Shown: in pieces, positions 54,397-64,000 of the stretch
Layout: every line of letters starts with the position of its first letter
Position numbering within the stretch: the stretch's first letter is position 1
Assembly (NCBI RefSeq): GCF_006345805.1
Contig: NC_043001.1
Location: 130,572,001 to 130,636,000 of the forward strand
Reading direction: 5' to 3'
DNA from: Octopus sinensis
Taxonomy: Eukaryota
Length of the DNA: 64,000 nucleotides
Notes under the pieces: model-generated
The model's database searches: none
What the model saw: the letters and a program-made list of their open reading frames with translations, nothing else
Told to the model about the DNA's origin: nothing
Position numbers and translations under genes: made by a program

Positions 54397-54403
<7 letters not shown>
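53015..54403. repeat. direct repeat of about 530 bp (53015-53541 and 53871-54403) around a 330-bp CT-rich spacer
   Basis: The two copies are colinear and differ mainly by 1-bp indels. The whole unit is bounded by (TA)n on both sides. Confidence 0.9.
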
Positions 54404-54442
<39 letters not shown>

Positions 54443-54568
54443 TATGATGAGTAAATTGTCGCCGCATTTATATTTTTTATTTCGTGCATGCATATTCTTT
54501 GTTTTTGATTTTGCTGACTACACAGTATAGTAGGGTCAGTTGGGCACTGTCTGTGAGAACAAGAGCAC

Positions 54569-54765
54569 CATGAACCAATTCACTCTCTCGGAAATTTGGA
54601 AACAACGTGCTGTATTGCTTGGCATTTGTGCCCGAAGCTCCAATTTGAACATTTCAGAGTGTCTGGGTGTCAATCTGAGGATAGTGCAGAGGATTTGGAA
54701 AGAGTTGGACAAGTCTAATGGTGATTATGAAGGTACAACAGTTCAGAAAACTCATTTTGCCAGTT
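54569..54765 (+). pseudogene. probable Tc1/IS630-like transposase N-terminal HTH fragment
   Basis: MNQFTLSEIWKQRAVLLGICARSSNLNISECLGVNLRIVQRIWKEL has an HTH-like pattern typical of transposase N-termini. Confidence 0.5.
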
Positions 54766-54825
54766 GAGTGGACAGGAGAACAGGAGCAATGTAAAATGAA
54801 GTGTGTCATTCAAGATGGATGGATG

Positions 54826-55208
54826 GAAGCACTCCGTCGGTTATGATGATGAGGGTTCCGGTTGATCCGAATCAACGGAACAGACTGCTCGTGAAATTAA
54901 CGTGTAAGTGGCTGAGCACTCCACAGACACGTGCACCCTTAACGCAGTTCTCGGGGATATTCAGCGTGACACAGAGAGTGACAAGGCCGGCCCTTTGAAA
55001 TACAGGTACAACAGAAACAGGAAGTAAGAGTGAGAGAAAGTTGTGGTGAAAGAGTACAGCAGGGATCACCACCATACCCTGCCGGAGCCTCGTGGAGCTT
55101 TTAGGTGTTTTCGCTCAATAAACACTCACAACGCGCGGTCTGGGAATCGAAACCGCGATCCTATGACTGCGAGTCCGCTGCCCTAACCACTGGGCCATTG
55201 CGCCTCCA
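54826..55208 (-). mobile_element. tRNA-derived SINE family D
   Basis: Minus-strand head tggaggcgcaatggcccagtggttaggg...ggtttcgattccc. Near-identical to 59927-60310. Confidence 0.85.
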
Positions 55209-55346
55209 CGTCATTCAAGAACACAGTGCATTGCCCAAGCAAGGAAATGACCCCTATAAACTTATGATCATGAGTGTGACACTCTAACCACTAAACCACA
55301 TATATGCCTCCACATATATATTCATATACATACATACATACATACA

Positions 55347-55525
55347 TGGTTGGCGATTTTCTTTCCCCATCTTCTCTTCTATTGGACTTTCCCCTGTTTC
55401 CAAAGAAGAGCATCTGCTCAAAACATTAAAGCATCTTTCTTTCCTTCCCTGAGTGTCTGCTAATACTTTGCATGTCCTCGTATTGTTGTGTTTTTCGTTT
55501 GCTCTTCTTTTTTAAATATACATAC
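55347..55525 (+). mobile_element. older copy of the 47.5-kb hammerhead-bearing element
   Basis: Colinear with the reverse complement of 47521-47722. Motif gttt-CCAAAGA-A-GAGC-atct-GCTC-AAAACATT-aaag shows CpG-decay-type changes. Confidence 0.55.
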
Positions 55526-55588
55526 GGAAATATATATATATATATATATATATAAATGCACACACACACACACACATACATATATATA

Positions 55589-55810
55589 CAGGGTTGGCCA
55601 AAAGTCACCTGTCAGTAAATCAAAACCATTGCATTCCAAGATTTATTTATGTTTAACAACTGAATGAATTTAATAAAAGCATCTACATATGAAACATCAT
55701 GAAAACTGTTCACTCTGAAGTCCATCTTGAGTGATACATTTTCCATTCAAGTCAATACAGAATTACACATAGTATTTATAGAGTTTTGATTTGCTGTTGG
55801 GTGACTTTTG
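55589..55810. mobile_element. Tc1/mariner-type MITE, right TIR truncated
   Basis: TA-CAGGGTTGGCCAAAAGTCACCTGTCAGTAAATCAAAAC on the left; reverse-complement match gttttgatttgctgttgggtgacttttg on the right. Confidence 0.7.
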
Positions 55811-56094
55811 TGTGTGTGTGTTGTGTATATATATATATATATATGACAAATTGTTCTGTTCTTTTACTTGTTTCAGTCACTTGACTAAAGTTATTCTGGA
55901 GCATCACCTTGAAGTGTTTTAGTGGAACAAATCGATCTCAAGCCTTATTTTTTTAAGCCTAGTACATATTCTATTGGTCTCTTTTGCCAAACCGTTAAGT
56001 TATGGGGAGGTAAATACATCAACATCAGTTGTCAAGCAGTGATAGGTGTACCCCAACCCTCTTCTCTCTATATATATATATATATGTGTGTGTG

Positions 56095-56400
56095 TGGAGG
56101 TGCAATGGCCCAGTGGTTAGGGCAGCGAACTTGCGGTCGTAGGATCGTGGTTTCAATTCCCAGACCAGGCGTTGTGAGTGTTTATTGAGCGAAAACACCT
56201 AGAAGCTCCACGAGGCTCCGGCAGGGTTTGGTGATCCCTGCTGTACTCTTTCACTACTCTTTCTCTCACTCTTTCTTCTGTTGGCCTGCTCGCTTAGCCA
56301 GCGGGGGGGGGGTCATTCAAAGGCTAAAACAATGCAAACGCATTGTGACCAGCTATGTGTAACAACATCTGATGGTCTGGTCGGTCACGTGATCACGTGA
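56095..56400 (+). mobile_element. SINE family D head with variant tail
   Basis: Same tRNA-like head on the plus strand. Confidence 0.75.
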
Positions 56401-56427
56401 TATATGTATATATATATATATATATAT

Positions 56428-56709
56428 ATCTGTAAAATAATATGTGACAATTATTCAATAGCCAAGATAAAACTCTGAGTTTCAGATGGCGAGGTGGAAA
56501 TCCACAACCCCATCTCTTCGGTTATCTGGCCATCTCCAGATGGAGATAACCAAAGAGATGGTGTTGTGGATTTCCACCTCGGCATCCGAAACTCAGAGTT
56601 TTATCTTGGCTATTGAATAATTGTCACATATTATTTTACAGATAAATTTCCTCTATTTACATAATATTGAGATCTCTTTCTTTCTTTTGTTATCTTACCA
56701 TTTTACTAA
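56428..56709. mobile_element. palindromic element: 216-bp inverted repeat (56428-56643) plus one-sided tail, with a hammerhead-like motif in each arm
   Basis: Arms of about 107 bp are near-perfect reverse complements. Minus strand 56466-56526 reads GATAA-CCGAAGA-GATGG..CCATC(T)-GAA-ACTCAGAGT-T-TTATC. The plus copy 56545-56605 has a G5-to-A change. (TA)n lies on both sides. Confidence 0.75.
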
Positions 56710-57258
56710 TATATATATATATATATAACAATATATATATATATATTGTTATATTATTGCATTCACTTTCTAACCATTACAGAGATTCAGGATCCCAAAT
56801 TTGGATGGACTACATGTGGGGAAGAGATGTCATCATATAAAAGATTTTATTTAGAGATAACTAGAAGCACTAATTTCAAAAGTTTGGTAATATGAAATTA
56901 GAAATTGTCCCGGATGCCTTATCATGGAAAAGAAAAAGAGATACTTAAAGAAATTCCTTCATGAGGATCTTGGTGCTATGATGCAAATACAATTCTATAA
57001 ACAGAAAGAAAACAATCAAGGAAAAGGCCAGAAGACCATCATTCCAGATGCCATTCTCCATGATATAATCGAAGTTTAAACCCTATTTTCTGTCAGCCAG
57101 CACATCAAGGAATATTATTCATCTGGAAAGAAATTACCAGTTGTCACTCTTTCTGAAGACAATTGAAGGATTAGCTTTCTGAAGAAAGATTTATAGTAAC
57201 ATTCTGGAAAGCTCAATTTAAACTTCCTGGTAGTCGTGCAAATGATCCAAACACTCCA

Positions 57259-57656
57259 GCAGGAGTGGCTGTGTGGTAAGTAGCTTGTTTACCAACCACA
57301 TGGTTCCGGGTTCAGTCCCACTGCGTGGCACCTTGGGCAAGTATCTTCTACTATAGCTTCGGGCCGACCAAAGCCTTGTGAGTGGATTTGGTAGACGGAA
57401 ACTGAAAGAAGCCCGTCGTATATATGTATATATATATTTATGTGTGTGTGTGTTTGTGTGTCTGTGTTTGTTCACCTAGCATTGCTTGACAACCGATGCT
57501 GGTGTGTTTATGTCCCCGTTACTTAGCGGTTCGGCAAAAGAGACCGATAGATTAAGTACTGGGCTTACAAAAGAATAAGTCCCGGGGTCGATTTGCTCGA
57601 TTAAAGGCGGTGCTCCAGCATGGCCACAGTCAAATGACTGAAACAAGTAGAAGAGT
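57259..57656 (+). mobile_element. SINE family B
   Basis: Full-length copy. Confidence 0.85.
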
Positions 57657-57717
57657 AATAGATCTTGATATTTACAGAGTACCAGGCCAATCTGGATCAC
57701 ATTAGATTCAAACTCTT

Positions 57718-58091
57718 TACTCTCTCTTTTACTCTTTTACTTATTTCAGTCATTTGACTGTGGCCATGCTGGTGCACCGCCTCTAATCGAGCAACTCGAC
57801 GCCGGGACTTATTCTTTGTAAGCCCAGTACTTATTCTATCGGTATCTTTTGCCAAACCGCTAAGTTACGGGGACGTAAACACACCAGCATCGGTTGTCAA
57901 GTGATGTTTGGGGGACAAACACAGACACACAAACATACACATACACACTCAAGCCTCATTCTTTAAACCTAGTACATATTCTATTGGTCTCTTTTGCCAA
58001 ACCGCTAAGTTATGGGGAGGTAAATTCACTACACAACATCAGTTGTCAAGCAGTGACAGGTGTACCCCAACCCTATATACACACACATATA

Positions 58092-58165
<74 letters not shown>

Positions 58166-58395
58166 TATATATACATACATATATACATACTTACATACAT
58201 ACATACATATATATATATACGTATATACATACATATAAACGACGGGCTTCTTTCAGTTTCCATCTACCAAATCCACTCACAAGGCTTTGGTTAGCCCGAG
58301 GCTATAGTAGAAGACACTTGCCCAAGGTGCAACGCAGTGGGACTGAACCCGGAAACATGTGGTTCGTGTGCAAGCTACTTACCACACAGCCACTC
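57718..58395 (-). mobile_element. compound/nested SINE family B copies
   Basis: The tail portion is duplicated by a nested older copy. It is inverted relative to 57259-57656. Confidence 0.75.
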
Positions 58396-58564
58396 ATACA
58401 GACAAATAAAGGTTTTAATAAACTATAATAATTTTAATTGACTCAACAACATCATGTGCAGCCAGAAAACTAACTGGACATTGAATAATAGTTTGAGGCT
58501 TAAAGCTTGGTGGCAAGTGAATTACTTAGACTTATGGTAAAGAGATATTTTTACTACACATATG

Positions 58565-58565
58565 T

Positions 58566-58615
<50 letters not shown>

Positions 58616-58920
58616 TTAACGTCTGCTTTCCATGCTAGCATGGGTTGGACGATTTGACTGAGGACTGGCGAATCAGATGGCTGCACCAGGCTCCAATATT
58701 GATCTGGCAGAGTTTCTACAGCTGGATGCCCTTCCTAATGCCAACCACTCCGAGAGTGTAGTGGGTGCTTTTTACGTGCCACCGGCATGGGAGCTAGTAA
58801 GGCGATGTTGGTAATGATCATGCTCGAATGGTGCCCTTTTACGTGCCATGGTACGGGGGCCAGTCTTGCAGTACTGGCAATGACCTCACTCAAATCTTTT
58901 TACACATGCCACTGGCACAG
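58565..58920 (-). mobile_element. family C element
   Basis: Long (ATC)n tail plus the same body as 8497-8749. Confidence 0.75.
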
Positions 58921-59232
58921 TCATAATAATAATTAACATCAGAGCCATGTTAGCATAAAAAAAAAACAAATGATATATAAAGTAATAAATAAACCATAAC
59001 ATGATTTGTAAAAGCAAGCATTGTCTATGCATCAAAGAGAATGGATTTTACTAGAAAGGATACTATGTATGAATAAATTGGTATATTTCCCCAATATGTC
59101 TTGATTGGCCACAGCTGTACATGAGGTGCATTTGCATGTTATTCATGTGCATACTTATCTAGTAAATAATTGTCGTTATTGCATCTAACACCTACATTTG
59201 CGTATGTGTATTTGTATGTATGTATGTCTGTA

Positions 59233-59590
59233 TCAGGTCGTCCCATAAGTTCTGTCAGATTTAACCTTTTTTAAAACTGAATGAAATTTAATAGTATTTT
59301 AGAAAGTCTCATAGAATTCAAAATTATTTTTATGCATTTGTTTACATTTATACTAATTAAATATTATTTTACAAAATAATAGAATTAAAATTTCTTTGAT
59401 TAAAACCCTTTCTAACATGGAAGTATCCAAAGAGCATTTGAGGCACATAATGCTTTATGAGTATGAAAAAGGAAACTCTGCAGCTGAAGTGACTCAAAAC
59501 ATACACTCAGGTTATGGGAAAGAATGCCTAAAGGAAAGAACTTGCAGAAGATGGTTTGCAAAATTCAGAAGTGGAGATTTCAGACTGAAC
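59233..59590 (+). mobile_element. mariner 5' fragment (TIR plus transposase HTH)
   Basis: TA-TCAGGTCGTCCCATAAGTTCTGTC TIR-like start. ORF MEVSKEHLRHIMLYEYEKGNSAAE...RTCRRWFAKFRSGDFRL is truncated after the HTH. Confidence 0.85.
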
Positions 59591-59926
59591 CAAGTGGCAG
59601 TGTTTAATCACCATTGGAACCAAAAACTACAAAGCTACCAGAAGAGAAAAGGAAGAAATGAAATGACAGGGGAGAAAGGCTTGATAAAATCAACCTCTTC
59701 CTCCAACAACATTACTATGCAGTCAATGCCATCAACTCTTCCATGCAATAATTGGTCTACAGAGCCATCAACACCATCACAACAAAGGAATCATTCAGCA
59801 AAAATCAAACTAAATTCTTGGATACAAGATAAAGCTAATGAGATAAGGGAGGGATGAGATGAGGATGAGAGTAACAAGCAAGAGGAAGACATGTGGTTGA
59901 AGGTGGTTAATGCAAAAAGTGGGTGG

Positions 59927-60310
59927 TGGAAGCACTCCGTTGGTTACGACGATGAGAGTTCCGGTTGATCCAAATCAACGGAACAGCCTGCTCGTGAAAT
60001 TAACGTGTAAGTGGCTGAGCACTCCACAGACACGTGTACCCTTAACGTTGTTCTCGGGGATATTTAGCATGACACAGAGAGTGACAAGGCCGGCCCCTTG
60101 AAATACAGGTACAACAGAAACAGGAAGTAAGAGTGAGAGAAAGTTGTGGTGAAAGAGTACAGCAGGGATCACCACCATCCCCTGCCGGAGCCTCGTGGAG
60201 CTTTAGGTGTTTTCGCTCAATAAACACTCACAACGCCCGGTCTGGGAATCGAAACCACAATCCTATGACCGCGAGTCCGCTCCCCTAACCACTGGGCCGT
60301 TGCGCCTCCA
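59927..60310 (-). mobile_element. SINE family D
   Basis: Near-identical to 54826-55208. Confidence 0.85.
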
Positions 60311-60864
60311 CAAAATGTGGGTGGAGCAGACAGTATTATGAATGAAGGATGGATAACAAATGAAATGGTTCTGGGTAGTGAGAAGAATAAATGGAGAGGA
60401 AAGCTGGTGAACTATGCAGTTCTGCTTACATTTAATTGCAGCAGCAAAGTACACATTGTGTTTCCTGAATCTCAGTCTCACAGAGACGAGTGAGTCGTCT
60501 TGAGAACTGCATATTCACCAGTAATCCTGGATCTATCATCTTCTCTGAAATGTCCAAGTGCCTGAGATCAGCACTCACCACCTGATCCCATGTCTTCCTT
60601 CTACATTAAGTGGTCAGCACTTTTTAATACAGAAGATAACCCATCCAATGTTCTAACAATCTGCCAGTTCACCCTGGACTGCTACTCCCATTTTTATTAA
60701 TGTAGCTCTACTACAAGAAAAAAGATGAAAGGTTAAGATGACCTTGAACTCAGAGCACAGTGGGTCAGAGAAAATGCCAAGAGGGACTCTGTCCAACACT
60801 TAAAATAAAACTCTGCTCACTCACTACTTCTCTCTCTCTCTCTCTCACTCTCTCTCTCTCTCTC

Positions 60865-60899
<35 letters not shown>

Positions 60900-62587
60900 C
60901 ACACACACACACATATTTGAATGAGTGGACCAATGAAAGAAAGTGATGCTCAGTACATTTGATAGGAGTTATATATATTATTTACATTATTTAAGCCTTT
61001 AGCATTTAAACCAGCCAGATTCAGCTCAAATACTGTACATCTTTAATATATTAACTGGCCATATCTAACCTCTCATAACTAACCTACACTAGTATCCTAA
61101 AAATAAACAATCAGATCACAAAAACCGCAAAGCTATGAAATAATCTGACTGCTAAAGGGCTAAAAACAGTTTGACTCTACACCTGTTCAACCACTCAGTC
61201 AGGGACATGGTGAAGTCATGGGAATGCAGCATGGCAGATAGTGAAGAAGTAGTGGAAGAATTCAAGTGAGCCAATAGTGCTTTTTTACATTGATGCTGAG
61301 TGGAGGAGCGGAGGAATCCTAGAAGATCAGGATCACCAAGTTCTATCAAGAGAGTAACTGCAATGCATCTATAGTGATGGTATCCATGGCTGTGTAATCA
61401 GCTAACGAAATATTTGCTATAACTGAAGCCCCCAATTCGAATTCATACTAATGGAATTAGATGGTAGCAGAAAATCATGGGAATCTGTGAAAGCAGTAAA
61501 AGCAAAATCTCCCTTATTCACTCAAGTGAAATCACCTAGCTTAGTATTAAAACAGTTGACTCGTGAGCAAATAAAATAGTTGACTAGTGGAGGGCTTGGT
61601 TCAGATCAGATAACATGTTGTGTCTTTGAGCAAAGCTCTCCATTTCTTATTGCTCTAGTCCCTTTGGCAGTTGTTGTGGAATGGGAGTAACTATGCCGTA
61701 GCATCTAGCATCCCATTCAGTAAGGAAGACTTGTACTGTCAGCTGCTTATACAATCTCCGAAAGCAGAAACGGTCCTGGCCAAATGAGCCTGTAGATTTG
61801 AGGCAGACTTTGATATTTTTTCCAACTATTGTTTTACTACAACATAAAGCATTCAAATTAGACAGAAAGAACACAATATTTACTACAGCATATTTCTATA
61901 CCTAATGCTGTACTTGATTCATTCAAGCTGTGTCATTTATATGATTTTAAAAATAAATAAATGAATGAATAAATGAAATAGATAGAAAAAAAAATGTATC
62001 TAAAATGACTAAAAGCTTATATTTTGCAATCCCGCAGTACATTCAAATAAAGAAATAAATATCTGGATAAAATCCACCCGAAAGAAAAAGATGACAAAAT
62101 GTAAGAGAAAAAAGAAAAGGAAAAAATGAAATAGCAAGAAATTCTAACGAAGCCCAATAAAACAAGTTTATTTTTCCTTTCTTTACTTTTATATTTTCGT
62201 TTCTGTTTATTTTTTATGCATTTTATTAATGTGTTGAGTGTTATTTTTTAATTTTATTTTGTTTTTTTTTGTTTAACATTTCCATCATCCTTGTTACAAT
62301 TTTGTTGTTGTTGTTGTTGTTGTTCATGTCTGTTCTTATTGTTCTCTTCAGAAGCAATATGTTCTGGAGGGATAATTATAAGTATTGTGTTTTCGTACTT
62401 TTCTCTACATTTTCTAAACATTAGTCGCAACAATGATAATTGCTTGTCCAACAAATAGTAGATAAAGCGAAAGAGTATTCGCGGATGAGACCTATCAATA
62501 TCAGAAAATATATGCATTTATTTATGCATGCATATGTATATATGGGAATTGGTTTATATGAATGATTCCCATGATAACCCAAGAAAC

Positions 62588-62619
<32 letters not shown>

Positions 62620-63836
62620 ATAAATGTGTGGATGTGTATATATATTTATACATATATATATATATATATTATATATATATATATTTATATATGTGTATAT
62701 ATATATATGTATATAAATGTGTATATGTATATATATTTATAAAGAATATATATATATATGTTATGTACGTGTGAGTGTCTGTATGTGTCTATATCTATAT
62801 ATGTATGTGTGTATGTATGTATATTGACATGGACATTAATTTGTGGATGTGGAAGTGAAAAGCTGTGTATTTTTACATCCATATCTAACCCTGAATACAC
62901 CATCAAAAATATTTCTGGTTCATGTCGAGTTCATATTACCTGATTCGTTCATCTATATACATGCATTTCATAGATTTCAATCTATAATGATATTGGTTGG
63001 GAATCGGTAAATATCTCCTATCCATATATAATAACGATGTGAATGCTGACCGTGAAGATATATATAAGTGTACATGTGCATTCACACATAAATACATTTA
63101 TGCTAACATGAATAGATAGAGACATATTAATACAACTTATCATGGGCCAGATCAACATTTATAGAGAGCAACTATAAAGGGAAGTAATTGCAACAGCAAT
63201 ACACAAGTGTATATACAAATATGTGTTTGTGTTTGTGTGTATATGTCCATGTATATATGTATGTGTGTCTAGCTCTGTGTATGAGTATGTGTGTGTGTAC
63301 GTATGTGACTATCTTCATCTAAGTGTGTTTTGAGCTTATTACATCAATGAGAGTGTGTGTTTTCAGACGCAAATGAGTAAATAAGTTTTGTATATATGGG
63401 AATAAATATTTATAGGTAGTTAGAATTGTAGGCAATGGGATATCACAGCTGAAACATCATACATACAGTATCAACAAAACTAGACTCAATTCATGGATGA
63501 TATATTAAGCAGAAATAGACATTAATCCATTCAGATTATTCTCATGATAACCATTGGCTTCTAGCCACCACTACTACCATCACAACCATGTACATAAATA
63601 CATAAATACATAAATACATATAGATATATATATACACTCACTCACATACACATACACAATCATAGAAGTACATACATAATTGCAACAGCACACTCATGCA
63701 AACACTATTTCGCCTATATTCTGACATTCTCATCACCATTCCGACTATTCACTGAATTGCTATAAAATATATACATAATGATCAATACATATGGCATATA
63801 TATATATATATATATATCATAAATGTATATGCACAT

Positions 63837-63887
<51 letters not shown>

Positions 63888-63903
63888 TATACATACATTT
63901 GTA

Positions 63904-63940
<37 letters not shown>

Positions 63941-64000
63941 GAATATACAAACATATGTACCTATATATATATATATATAATATATATATATAATATATAT

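Noticed and set aside
56095-56170. tRNA-like sequences at SINE heads
   Set aside because: They continue into dispersed SINE bodies, so they are not called tRNA genes.

Overview
This is repeat-dense, AT-rich, non-coding eukaryotic DNA. The SINE families and (TA)n/(CA)n/(GA)n load point to a coleoid cephalopod, probably Octopus; that assignment is inferred, not database-verified. I could not identify any host protein-coding exon, and nearly all track ORFs are microsatellite or SINE read-throughs. Recognisable content: a young 5'-truncated CR1-clade LINE (38.7-41.9 kb, minus strand; APE and RT broken by frameshifts), two mariner relics, a non-autonomous Helitron, hAT and Tc1/mariner MITEs, a decayed Penelope-like RT abutting degenerate TTAGGG repeats, RTE/CR1 3' fragments, and dozens of copies of at least four SINE families. 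The main observation is a set of short non-coding elements embedded in (TA)n tracts (24.3, 47.5, 51.7, 55.4, 56.4 kb, possibly 53 kb) carrying type I hammerhead-ribozyme folds. Their stems I and II differ between families yet still pair. They have a near-palindromic stem III and a recurrent non-canonical CCGANGA core. One element holds two tandem hammerheads plus a competing 24-bp helix; another is a head-to-head inverted pair. These look like Penelope-associated retrozyme/pLTR elements. All folds were done by hand and catalytic activity is untested.
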